Source: Amphiscolops sp. MND2022 (Eukaryota). Taken from it: a stretch of DNA of 64,000 nucleotides. Location: assembly GCA_964187785.1 (NCBI GenBank), contig OZ076409.1:16742001-16806000 (forward strand). The letters are read 5' to 3'. Both the position numbers and the translations under genes were made by a program. The notes under the pieces were generated by a model. The model was not told where the DNA came from and ran no database searches. It was given only the letters and a program-made list of their open reading frames with translations. The first letter of the stretch is position 1, and each line of letters opens with the position of its first letter. Positions 13,837 to 26,201 of this stretch are shown one piece after another.

Positions 13837-14070
13837 GGCCCCAGTTCCAGACTTCCGTCTCCCCGACTTCGTCATCAATTTTAAACTTTTCACCAACAGT
13901 CTTTCAAACTTTATTCAAAACTTCGGATATCATAGTTTAGACATTAAATGTATTTAATCATATAATTTTATACTTTGTATTATCTTACTCAATCTCACAA
14001 CCTGTGTAAACTTGTATAATTGTGTATTCAAAGTCGTATAATATTGATTTTTATTCTATAAACATATATA

Positions 14071-15582
14071 CCTTTTCAAGGCCAAATTCAACAGAAGTGA
14101 GATGGAATTAAACAACCGGAAGTTCGACTTAAACCAACGTGAAAACTCAAAACTATTTAGTCAATTAAATACAATTTCATCAAACGCACGTGAAATGAAT
14201 CAAAGTGAAATTGAAAAAGAAAACAACCTCCAATTGATATAAACCAACACAGGCAGTGCGTTTCTAACCCAACACTAAAAAAACTAATTTCAATGACATA
14301 CATTACCAGGGCGGCATATGCGGTAAAGGAGTCGGTTCTGGTCTCTTTGATGGAAGTGCACACAAAGGACCATAATATGGTGACGAATTTTTACACGAAA
14401 GTTCGTTGGAAACGTATGGTCAATCTTCGAGAAACTTGAAATTTTTATTTAAGGTCAGGAGAAACAAACAAACAAAACATCACGATTGCATAGATAGTCG
14501 AAAATTTTTCCCGACTCCTAAGAAGGTTCAACAATTTAATGCGATAATCACTTCAACTAAATTCGACTTGGAAAGTTTGGAAACGCTCTATAATTGAAAA
14601 TTTAAAAAATACCACGACTTCGACAGTCAAATGGTCTTTACGAAATAACTGTCGGAGCAAGATAAACAGCGACTGTTGGATGCATATGAGATTGACGAAG
14701 ACTTTAAAGAGTTGGTCAAAACTTTCGAAATAAAGAAAACAACTGCTTACAGCATTGTCAAGAGAGGACGTGCCACCAATTTGCCAAGAGGTGGTTCCGG
14801 ATTGAAAAGAAAAGTTTACGATGAATGCAATCCAGGAAGATCGAAAGAAGGCGACCGAGTTTACCGCAGAGTATCTGGTCAACCCAGACGAAACATCACA
14901 GTCTGTATTGCCGTTTCAGATCGCCAAGGGCTAGTTCATTATCAGGTTTTTGCAAGAGGAATGACAACACATAGGTTTTCAGGTTTCTGGAAGTTTTGTG
15001 TGGTAATGAAAGTTTGGCCGATATGAACGGTCCCGGAATCTGTATTTATGATAATGCTCGACCTCATATTCGCATTAGTGACCTCGGTGATCCCGGTAAC
15101 TTCACTGTTCGAAGACGACCGAAATACTCTCCATTTCTGAACATGGCCGAAAATGCGATAAGTTTTTGAAACCAAGCTATCAAAAGATCATTGGCATCCT
15201 GAAAAGATGAGTTCATTTCCCCTACAGGAGTGATATTGAATGATAGAACACTGCCGCAGTTTAGATTTGACACTATCAACGTCATCATTTCTTCTACTGC
15301 CGGTGAAGTATGACGTAACTATCTCCGAATGCCAATCCTGGTTCAACCACACGACAACCTACTTTCCAGCTTGTATTGGCCAAGAAGAAATTGACGGACA
15401 AACTTACTTCTTGATCAAATTCATTTTACCTTGTCTAATTCCAATTGTTTCTGCACTTGTTTAAATCAAAATTACTTCTGTTTGATTCCATGTTACGGCT
15501 GTTTAATTTTGCTTACTTGATTAAATTCAAAGCATTTTTGACTACTTCCATTTTACTTTTGACTAATTGAGGCTTGAAATGG
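14071..15582 (+). mobile_element. IS630/Tc1/mariner-superfamily DNA transposon, internally deleted and defective
   Basis: Imperfect ~40-bp TIRs (ccttttcaaggccaaattcaacagaagtgagatggaa vs reverse complement ccatttcaagcctcaattagtcaaaagtaaaatggaa), flanked by TA on both sides. HTH fragment KKTTAYSIVKRG, then NITVCIAVS and CIYDNARPH...PKYSPFLNMAENAIS, with a frameshift and stops. Confidence 0.9.
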
Positions 15583-15684
15583 TACGATAACGATTCTTCT
15601 TTTATGGTGTACTTGATAGTGCATTTCAAACAAATCCCCTATAGTGCCTTTACTACCCATCTTTTCTTCTTACAGTACAAGCAA

Positions 15685-16268
15685 ACAAGCCGGGAACGGC
15701 ATAAGTCGGCGCCATATCTTAGGCTCAAAGTACCAAAAGTACTTCAAACTTTCGAGATCTTTCACTGTACCCAAAAACCCAAAAGTTGGACCGAATTGGC
15801 ACGCCTTCGCCCGCTAGCTACAGAAGGGACCCTCTGAGATTTTTGAACATTTCTGTCGCAAAACATCAAAAAAATTGAAAGGGTGACCATCTGGTGTCTA
15901 TGAAAATTTTTCTTCTTGTTTGAACACCGAAAAAAAACTGAAAGGGGGCCCTTAGATCTCGCCCGGTATTGTTTGTTACGAGGAAAAAAGGAGAAACCTT
16001 TCTGGTTCGATTCTCTAGGCCAAATGATTCAATTTGACACCATAAAATTTGTTAGATCTTTTAGGAACTATTTTGGTGAAACCAAACCTTCTGAGTTGTC
16101 TAGTAACAACGAAAACTTTTTAAACTATGGTACCTAAACGTGGTACCACTTGGAAGCACCTAGAAAAATTCTGGGGCTTTCAGTGTGAGGTCTGTGGTCT
16201 GAAAAAAAAGGTCACTGTGAGATTCAGGTATTATTAGTTTCACAAACGGAAAACACCCCGCCTAAAAA
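15685..16268 (+). mobile_element. Non-autonomous dispersed repeat, Helentron/DINE-1-like (tentative)
   Basis: Head aaacaagccgggaacggcataagtcggcgcc with hairpin GCCG-GGAA-CGGC. The same head occurs at ~49860. No coding capacity. Confidence 0.45.
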
Positions 16269-17599
16269 GGCCCATAGAGACATTGGTAGGCTAATTTAGT
16301 TTCATATCAACCATAGTTTTTGTATTGGTTGTTTGACACGGCCTTCCACCTTACGGGTGCGTTTCTCCTTGGGCGTTTTATTATTGGGTGTTTTTCCCGG
16401 ACACCGACATACTAAGATGCTTCGTGAAACCGTATGCTTCAAGAGAGCAGTCAAATGGATTTCCGAGTAATTGAAACCGAGAACGCACCCTCTTGAGCCT
16501 CCATGAAGTGAATTTCATTTGCGCTGATGATTAGATCATCGTATTCAGATACATTATGGAGTTATAAAAACTACGAATCGTCCCCAAAGTAAATTAATTT
16601 AATGAGAAACAAATATCCAAATCTGATTGATTTTTCCTGTATTCACAAAATTACGGTATTGGTTCGGTATTTTTAATTATTAATTACGGTATTGAAGAGT
16701 TTTGACACTGCTAATCAACGATTCAGCGAATTTGCTGCCGCGCAGAACTTTTCGAGCGATTTTATTAGCGATTCAAGCTAGCGACAACTAATATTTTGTC
16801 CAAATTAAATATATTCTTCATAATAACTTCCTCAAAAAATACACGGAGTTTCAAAATGAATTTCGAAAAACTCCAACACTCACATTTGCAAAAATTGAAT
16901 AGTTATCATTGGATTTTGAAACACTCTTGAATTCAAACATTTAATAGTTTGAAGTAAAAATTTTCACCGAAGTAACAATTCTGAAATTAGCGGTTTAGAG
17001 ATTAGCGAAAAATTTAGCAATGTCAAAACTCAGGGTCTTCTGGTTAGTTTGGGTTGTTCACAGGGTCATTATCTTCTGGAGCAGTTGATGCACTAACAGG
17101 AAGCAGATGGCGAGAAGTCCATTCGGACGCTTTCAATTAAATTTTTTGTAGGCCTCTTGAAATCCCTAAAAACAATCAGTGATATGAAAAATCATTCACT
17201 TAATGAACCTTGTTGTTTCTTATTTCCAACCCCTCCTTCAGGTACTTTTTCCGTATTCAACAATCCCCCAACACGAAAACATACTATGTTCCTGAAAAAT
17301 GTTTTTCTACGAATAAAAGAAACTCATTTGGTCACAATATTTGAATAATAGCCCCTACGGGTGTTTTGACACTTGAATCAAAAATTGTCCTAATTTTTGA
17401 TACTATCAGCGCAAATAGCAAAGTTTCACGCCTGGAAAAGCTAAATATGTTCAAAAAGGCCCTTTTTTTAAAGCATATTTTCTCCGGCATAAAATAAACT
17501 GAGTCGCTTTTGACTGCGAATTAATGTAAAGGATAGGATTATGTCGACTATCAATTACTTTATTGAACCGAAACTCCAATGCAAATGAAATCGACATAC

Positions 17600-18300
17600 T
17601 GGTATTTGAACCTTGTTTCTTATTCCCCGTGGCTGCTTGGGGGATACGAAACATGATCCAATTCAATTTCTGTGAATGACGTCTTGTTCGAGCTAATATA
17701 GTGTTTTTATATTAGAAATAAATGAGACCCGAAACAATTGATCAGTTGAGGGAAGGAACTTACCGGAATTTCGGCGGTGGAATTGAACGATCCGTAGAAT
17801 TGAACATTTTTCTTTATGTATGATGGATCGTAAATCACTTGCTCGAGTATGGTGTCTACCACCATCGCGACAAAGGCCGTGTGAGACCACTCGAAGCAAA
17901 CCATCTAAAAAATTATGCCTGACTCAGTCAAAGGTGACAATTCATTGCGCCAAAAAATGAAATCGTTCCCATCGCGCTGAAATGTCTTCCCGCGTAGACT
18001 AATTTAAATCCATATCTGCGTTTATTTTCATACTGATTGTATGACTTCGCTCCTGTCTCTGTGCACTAGGTATCTGAGCATAGCTGATTACAATTCGTAA
18101 TTACAATAGAGTAAGAAACGAACTGAACCCTTATTTGTAAGAAATAATTTGGACTGCATTTAAACAGAGCTAGCATTTTACATGGTGATTTCTTTCAATC
18201 TTTATTTCATTCACGAAATTAAGGGCCTGGAAAGTTCAAAAACTACATTGTACCAATTATCTTGATGTAAAATAGTTGAATGGCTTCAGTAGATGAAGAA
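17600..18300 (-). pseudogene. Possible degraded carnitine/choline O-acyltransferase-like (CROT-like) gene segment with introns
   Basis: A 141-bp exon-like block (17904-17764) is bounded by ttttttAG and GTAAGT and encodes MVCFEWSHTAFVAMVVDTILEQV...GSFNSTAEIP. The next acceptor (ttcacAG at 17671) continues in frame with KLNWIMFRIP. Upstream, G-DISARW-ND is recovered only with two 1-bp frameshifts. Confidence 0.4.
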
Positions 18301-19125
18301 GTACCTGCCAAATAAACAAAAGTTCCAAATTAGGTGCCAAATGTTACAAAATTGTCCAAAATGATTTCCCATATGCCAAATCAGTAGTAAATACAATCGA
18401 TGAAAATTGAAATTAGGAAGTTTCTCCATTATTTGCAAACCTACATTTCCAGTGCCCAAGAAAACTTTAGAATCTTTGTTTATCTGATTTTCAAATAACT
18501 TGGATGATAGCAGAAGTCAGAGTCAGTTTTGTTTTGGTCCAATTCTATTTTTTTTACAAATTAAGGTTCAGTTTATATCTTACACTATTGTACTTTGACG
18601 CTATGTAGCACACAATTTCAACTAATTTAATTTTTTCTTATTTCAGTTTTCAAGCAATCAGAGACGTTCAATATTTATTTTTCGGTGCGATAAAAAGCTT
18701 TTTCGGTGCGATGAATGTTCGAACCGATGGGAATCCATCTGTAATTGAACCTCAAAAGCATCAACTAAGTCCCTTTCGTAATCAAACAGTTCGTGGGCAT
18801 TTTCCGGATGAAAGACATCCTTTCAGTTTTTTTGTTTTTTTTATTGTTAGATATTTATGCTTGGATTTTAAAACATAAACGTTCTTCGAAATAATGTGCG
18901 GTATTGAAACACTCAATAAGTAATATTAATCAAGTTGTGCCGTCATTTGAAGTATTCCTTACAATTTTTAGTAGTTAAAATCTTTTGAAACATAGATCTT
19001 ACAATCTTTCTCCGAAATCAGAAAAATCTCGAATGAAAAACTATAGTCGTGGCTCTTTAAAAGGCCTGCGAACTGACGTATTTCAATTAGGATTGCAAAA
19101 AGTTGTAGCTTAGTAACTTCTAACA

Positions 19126-19185
19126 GCCACTTAGCATAGTGATTACAGTGGCTAAGAATCAATTCACGTTGGTTCGAGCCCTGTG
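19126..19185 (+). promoter_or_regulatory. Possible Pol III A/B box pair (tRNA-derived SINE head)
   Basis: tagcatagtga (19132, A-box-like) and ggttcgagccc (19171, B-box consensus GGTTCGANNCC). No complete cloverleaf. Confidence 0.3.
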
Positions 19186-19566
19186 CAGAACAAAATTTGC
19201 TTACAACTCATTGCTTACAAAAGCAGAGAGGAGAGAAGCATTTTAGAGAAAAGGAAGAGTTTTGCGAGCGTAGAAAGCCCATTATGATTTTGAAAGCACC
19301 ATGTGAGTCATCGAAAAAAACTAAATTGGATATTTTTGCAACTGTTTTGGAAATCGCATTTTTGTGGTTTTCAGTTGTTTTTTGCGAGTCTTGGGGCTAA
19401 CCGTTATTTTCTGGTCAGGTGAGACTGATGAGAACTTTCTCATTAGGTGTGAAAAAAACTGTTCAGAAATACTTCATTTCAACAAGAAATGCCCCATTCA
19501 CTTTTGGCGTTTCGCAAACTTTCTATATTTTTATGATTGGACTCTGGTGGGTATCCCTTCGCTACT

Positions 19567-19766
19567 NNNNNNNNNNNNNNNNNNNNNNNNNNNNNNNNNN
19601 NNNNNNNNNNNNNNNNNNNNNNNNNNNNNNNNNNNNNNNNNNNNNNNNNNNNNNNNNNNNNNNNNNNNNNNNNNNNNNNNNNNNNNNNNNNNNNNNNNNN
19701 NNNNNNNNNNNNNNNNNNNNNNNNNNNNNNNNNNNNNNNNNNNNNNNNNNNNNNNNNNNNNNNNNN
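19567..19766. other. Assembly gap (200 N)
   Basis: Fixed-length N run. Confidence 1.
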
Positions 19767-22700
19767 AAAGGGCTATTATAATGACATTTTATTGGAGAAT
19801 GAGCAATCAGTGGGGAATTTGCACTTGAACGAATATGTAATCCAGAATTGATTCTGTATATGTGAGAGTAATGGATAGTCGTTTGATAAAGGAGAGGTAA
19901 ATGTTGTAACAACAAATTGATCTTTATACTGATCTTTGAACTGTAATATGAACTTCTGAATGTTAATTTTCTGAATATTTTATTCCAAGAAGGGAATACG
20001 GAGAAATTTGTGTTTGTTGTTGGCATATGCAAAAATCATTAGAAACTGGCGATAGATGCATTAAGAACGATAGTTACATCTTGTAATTTCCGCAACGGTC
20101 AATGTGTTTGAAACATGGTTTGCTTCATCTTTGAGAGGTTTGCTGAGACGTTTCGGAAGTGTAAATTAAATAGGATAACTAGGAACAACAGTGAAAGCAC
20201 CACTGTCTAACAAGAAAGATTTCTCTAATTCTGAAGGGTGATTATGATCATTGTGTCTTTGAGGAGTTTGTGAATACTAGGAGTAAAAACATTTTGTAGG
20301 TGTGAGATGTTTTGCGTTTTCAGTAGGTTGTATTAGGTATTTCAAAATTTATAGGGGTAGTAGATGCTTCTGTTTATATGGTGTTAACTTTGTTTGCAGT
20401 AACCGTGTGTGATCGAAATCTAGAGCTTCTAGAATCGTTTGGTCGTGATGGAGGTTTTAAAGAAGTCGTGTAGCTTTGAAATGATATGTCTATTGGAAAT
20501 GAACGTGATCTATACCACGGACGGGAGTCACGTCTATAGGGTGATCTAGGAAAGGATCGATAAGGTGAACAGTATGAGCAAGAATCTCCTCTGTATTGGT
20601 CATATCTGGATCGCGTGTTTCGTAGAGGAGTAGTATATCATTCATAATTGTACAGGTGTCTAGAATGAGAGCGAAGTTGTTTTTGTGGTGAAGAGTTTTG
20701 AGTTGTATATCTGTGGCATAATGTACTTCGACTTCGATAACGATTAAAGTGTTCAGGTGGTCAAATATCAGTTCTTTATTATGAGTTGTAATTGTCACAA
20801 GAAAAGGAACGAAAATATTTGCTTTTTGCATTTGCTTCACGTTTATGTTCATCACCTCAATTTTCCGAAGACGGTGGAATTGAACAATTCGTTCTATGAG
20901 AGTTTGATCGTTATTTTTCAAATGCAGGTTTTTGTATGTTATTATGGTCTCGTGGTTGTGTAAACGTACACGTTGATCAGGTTTTGATGTTTCTAAAGTT
21001 TGAATTTGTGATTGAATTATAATGTTATTGACGTCAAGAGTCAGGTCATGCATACAAACTTCATCATTTGCTTTGTCTTCAGTATCGACCAATTTACCAA
21101 GTGTGTAAAAAGGTATTGGGGGTTCTGGAGTAGTAGAAGTGTGTTTGACTTGTCTTCTCCTTGCAACATTTTAAAGGTTCCTAGGAAGTTTCTTCGAAAA
21201 ATTTCTAGAATTTTAAAATAATGCCTCAGCCTCGTTCAACTAGTTGTTGAACTTTTACTGCAAAATGGCGTACTGTTTCAGTGTCTTTTTTGACAAGAGT
21301 AAGAGCTTCAACTTAGTCACAGTTGGGCTTTTTATTTAAAACAACTTTATTAAAAAGTGTCATTAGAACCATTGTACCAATTGCGTGCTGTACCAGAAAG
21401 CCTACATTGTATGCAAACCATACGCCTGGCGTTCCAAGCTTTGTATTCTTGAGGAATTCAAGGTTGGAGTCCTAAGAAAAAAGTCATATGTGCCTCAATC
21501 TGTTATAAATAATCTTCCGATGTTTAATTGTGACCATGACTATCGCGAATGGTTTGATGGGTTCTGAAGCTGCAGCAGAAACGTTTATAAATGACGAATT
21601 TGCGACTGTAGTTAAAAGTACTGAAGACGGATACCTTGTTTGTTAGTTTATGTTTGAAGTATTATCCTATACTTTTTCTGTATTTGATTGAGTTTGAAAA
21701 GTAGAAGATTTAACAAGAGGAAAAGTTCTGATAAAAGAAATTTGTTGTACTTGAACGTTGTTTTTTTTTCAGTTGTGGTCGATGGAAGAACAGAAGAGTT
21801 AGATGAACAGACTGGGTTTATAGTGGAAGTAGTTTTTGTCTGAGTTTTTTCGTATTGAAAGATAAATTGATTGTTGTGTATTATATATATCTATACTGGT
21901 CAAATTGTTTTATAGAGGGTTTGTAGTGATTGGCAAAAACTGAATTGGTGGTCTTAAAAGGCGCTAGAAGTTGCAATATTCAAAGGTGGATTTGTATGTG
22001 TAATACTAATTGTAAAAACATCTGTTTTTGTAGAAGTATTTGTATTTTGTGCTTGTGTGAATGGTGAAGTGCTCAAAGCAGGTTGTCGCTAAGGAGTGAA
22101 TGATTGAGACTGGGATTGAATTTTTTCGAGTTTTGGTATTTGGTACTTGAAGAGCAAAGGGACCTGGATGGGGGGAAGAATCAAGTTTGAAAGTGTCAGG
22201 TTGTGGTAGAGTATCATACATTTCGAGGAATCAATTGTTGTTTTTGAAGTAACGGATGTGTTATACTTGTGTTTGTTATAAATTGTACACATGAATCAGT
22301 TTGAGAAGTCTTATGGTTGTCTTTTTATAATATTGGTTTTGCAGGAACTAACAACATTTTCGAGTTGAATGTAAGGACTATATTATGAGTATCAATGCGA
22401 GTGTTTTCAGGAATAATTTCAGCTTGTGTTAAATTATAAGTAAGTGTTTTATCTGGTTCCGACAAAAACACAAATTGAAAGCTAATTTGGACTTGTTGTA
22501 GTGGTAACGGTTGTATTTTTGCTTTTTTTCTGGGTTTTGGATGAGAAGTTTTTTGTTCGAAATGTTGTACGACCTTGTCAGTTCGCGTCAGGGTATTTTG
22601 AGACATAAAGATAGTATTTATGTATGTTCAACTGTCAGACGTTTCAGATTGTTAAGTTATGAAAGCATTTTCAATGTAATAATTTTAGAATTGGGGCGTG

Positions 22701-23420
22701 TAGTTCTGTAGGATTTCGATATGATTGATTTTTAGATTGATCGTCGAAAATGAAAGGTAGGAGTTCTGTTTCAACGAGAGATTGAGATATGTTTATGTAT
22801 GCTGACTGATCTTGTTGTACACATATTTATTCGTAGTTGAGTTGAATCAAACACATTCCAATTAAATATGTGAGGATACTTTCACTTGGGGTCCTGTGTC
22901 TTCAAGAAGTTTGTCTATTTTAGAAGAAACTGTATTGGAATTGTATGGTTTGTAAAATACCTTGTTGTAACTAATGATCAGGTTTGCTGCGTTATTTTAG
23001 CTGCTCAATTTTGTATTGCAATGTCATCATGTGTATCTTTTGGATTTTCTAAAAGGGAACAGAGAAATTCGATATAAAAGGTTGTGTAGATTTTCTTTGT
23101 GTTCAGAAAACATCGATAGATTTGTATTGTAGTTACGTTATTTAAATGTAATATATCTTATTTTGGTGTGTGTTTCTGTGGTTAAATATGCTATTGAATT
23201 GTTTAGTATACATTGGATATCTTGTTGGATGTTTTGTCCAAGTTACGTGGAAGTGTTGAAAAGGTTTTCTTGAATGTAAAAAGTAATATAAGTGGAGATT
23301 AATACATAAATAGTATTGTACTATAAAAGTAGAACTACGTTTTATAAGTAGAAAAGAGTTTTGGATGTGTTTCAACTAAGAATTGAGTTAAACCTAGTGG
23401 CTAGAACCAAGTCTACGCGC
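19767..23420 (-). mobile_element. Degenerate Ty3/Gypsy gag-protease region, probably the same G-poor family as 1-8300
   Basis: Minus-strand protease motif HPSELEKSFLLDSGAFTVV (~20180-20240), preceded by an Arg/Ser/Tyr-rich segment (20490-20635). Base composition mirrors the 1-8300 element. Truncated by the gap. Confidence 0.7.
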
Positions 23421-23444
23421 ATGAATTGCTGAAGAGCACTTTTC

Positions 23445-23620
23445 AAAACCAACACGTATCGCACGCCTGCGGATGGAACGATGACAAAAACCAACACTTA
23501 TCACTTGTCAGTAGTTGGAACGGAAAAAAATAACCAACACGAATCACTTTGTAGTGGTTGGAACTGACGGAAACTACACTGAAGAAGGCAGTCAGAACCG
23601 GACCAATACGAATCATCTTT
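23445..23620. repeat. Degenerate ~43-bp tandem motif (accaacacgaatcac...gttggaac), 3-4 copies
   Basis: Motif at about 23448, 23490, 23533 and 23602. Confidence 0.55.
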
Positions 23621-24756
23621 CTGTGAAAAATGGTTGGAAGGGTAAACAGCGGTAGAAATTGAAAAGCGGAAGAGAGACAGTATGTTGAACAAAGAAAACC
23701 CAAAAACATCACAAAAAATTTCGAAAGTTCTGTTTTATTTTATTTCGAAAGTGTGCGAAAATTTTGAACCAGGAAAAAACCATGTTCATCTAAACATCTT
23801 CAATCTTTTTCGTGTCTCAGTGTTCTTTTAGAACTATTTAGCCATGGGCCTTTACTCAGGTGAACAGCATTGTCCCATAGATCAGTAAACAACGACCAAA
23901 CTTCAAATATCACATCATACACCAGCCACATAAGTGACAAGTGGGACCGAACGTTTAGCGACTTTAATCCGCGCGCCATTACTCAGTTTTATGGAAACGA
24001 ACCTTCTAGTGCCCATCGAATTAACCTTGGTTACTGACACAAAAACGCCCAAGCAGCCTTGGGCATACCTTAGCACTAAGCAAGAAGTTTTTACTCACCC
24101 CGCAACGAGAAAAGCGTTTATATTAGGAAATTTCCCCAATCAGGAAACGACCCAAATGTAACTGAGCTCTTTTGCACTTCAATACGACACTTAGTCACAA
24201 TTGATTGGGGTTGAAAAACGTGGCGGATGTTTTTCAGTTTCGGGTGACTCCGTTGGCGTTTTGTTCACGTACTCATATCTTGCGTCGATTATGGCCTCTA
24301 CTGACAGGCCGTTTCCCTTGGTTTTTTCAACTCAGAGTCGCATGTTTGCTTTCGATTAAGGATAAGGACTTCGAAACGAGTAGTTCAGCCGCAATGTAGT
24401 TACGAGTTTGCAGTTTTGCTCTGCTTCCAAGATGCTTCTCCAGAATTATACAGCTAATTAACCGGTGTTCCGTTCCATGTCTGACAAATCTGCTTTGCTT
24501 TCTTGTACTTTCCTCAATGGACTAAAGTGTAGTCGAAAGATGACGTAGAACTTAATAACGATTAAGATCTCAGATCTTTCTTGCGAACCGTTCTGGTCAT
24601 TTCCAAGATAGCGGTTTGGTCAGTGGCCCATACGAATATATCTGTTAGTTCCTTTTTTAATGTTCACTGTTTTGTGAAAAGACTTTTTAGCAGGTTTGTT
24701 TTCGTGGATGTGTCTATATGCATGGTCAGTTTCACGCAGTGTGTCTTTTTAATTTG

Positions 24757-26201
24757 AGTATGCTAAAACTGGTAAAACAAACATGATGATAAAAAGTCGA
24801 GTTTTCTGCGTTGTTCCCGAATTGTAATTAAACAGACATAACACTAATTTGCATTTTGAAACTGCAATTAAGTAATAAAAAAACATTTGACCTATTCGAT
24901 TTTTTAGAATAGACTCAGACAACGGTTTGAATCTAACCAATTTAGACTTTGTTTCATAATTTTTTGTTCAACGTTATTTTAAAGGTCAAACTTTAAAGTG
25001 AAAGTATCACTGACCTTATTGTATCAACTAATTAAACTGCAGTATTTCATTACTGTAACTGCAACTGACTTGCATGGCTCATATTGGGGGATTCAAAACA
25101 CTCACGCCAAGACGGGGGATTAACAGAAAAGAACCTAATGCCTTTTCAATTGATACTTTAGTCTCGCCATCGAGCCGAGCCATGTAAACGTAATTTGGTC
25201 TATCGCTGTATCTACATCTGCGGACTGGCCAATCGCAGTATGCTAAAATTGGTAAAACAAACATGATGATAAAAAGTCGAGTTTTCTACGTTGTTTCCGA
25301 ATTGTAATTAAACAGACATAACACTAATTTGCATTTTGAAACTGCAATTAAGCAATTAAAAACCATTTGACCTATTCGATGTTTAAGAATAGACTCAGAC
25401 GACAGTTTGAATCTAACCAATTTAGACTTTGTTTCATAATTGTTTGTTCAACGTTATTTTAAAGGTCAAACTCTAAAGTGAAAGTATCACTGACCTTATT
25501 GTATCAACTAATTAAATTGCAGTAATCCATCACTGTGACTGCAACTGGAATGCATGGCTCATAATGGGGGATTCAAAACACTCACGTTTAATACGAGGGA
25601 TTAACAGAAAAGAACCTAATGCCTTTTCAATTGATACTTTAGCCTCGCCATCGAGCCGAGCCATGTAAACGTAATTTGGTCTATCGCTGTATCTACATCG
25701 GCGGACTGGCCAATCGCAGTATGCTAAAATTGGTAAAACAAACATGATGATAAAAAGTCGAGTTTTCTGCGTTGTTTCCGAATTGTAATTAAACAGACAT
25801 AACACTAATTTGCATTTTGAAACTGCAATTAAGCAATTAAAAAACATTTGACCTATTCGATGTTCAAGAATAGACTCAGACGACAGTTTGAATCTAACCA
25901 ATTTAAACTTTGTTTCATAATTTTTTGTTCAACGTTATTTTAAAGGTCAAACTCTAAAGTGAAAGTATCACTGACCTTATTGTATCGACTAATTAAATTG
26001 CAGTATTTTATTACTGTGACTGCAACTGAAATGCATGGCTCTTAATGGGGGATTCAAAACAGTCACGTTTAAAACGAGGGATTAACAGAAAAAAACCTAA
26101 TCCCTTTTCAATTGATAATTTAGTCTCGCCATCGAGCCGAGCCATGTAAACGTATTTTGGTCTATCGCTGTATCTACATTTGCGGACTGGCCAATCGCAG
26201 T
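24757..26201. repeat. Tandem triplication of a 480-481-bp unit
   Basis: agtatgctaaaa(c/t)tggtaaaacaaacatgatg starts at 24757, 25237 and 25718. The units are highly similar with scattered substitutions. Confidence 0.97.

Noticed and set aside
19126..19200. Complete tRNA gene
   Set aside because: A B-box is present, but no consistent acceptor, anticodon and T stems could be folded.
19364..20032. ORFs spanning the N gap (also 42716-43183)
   Set aside because: Open only because N codons contain no stops; adjacency across the gaps is unproven.
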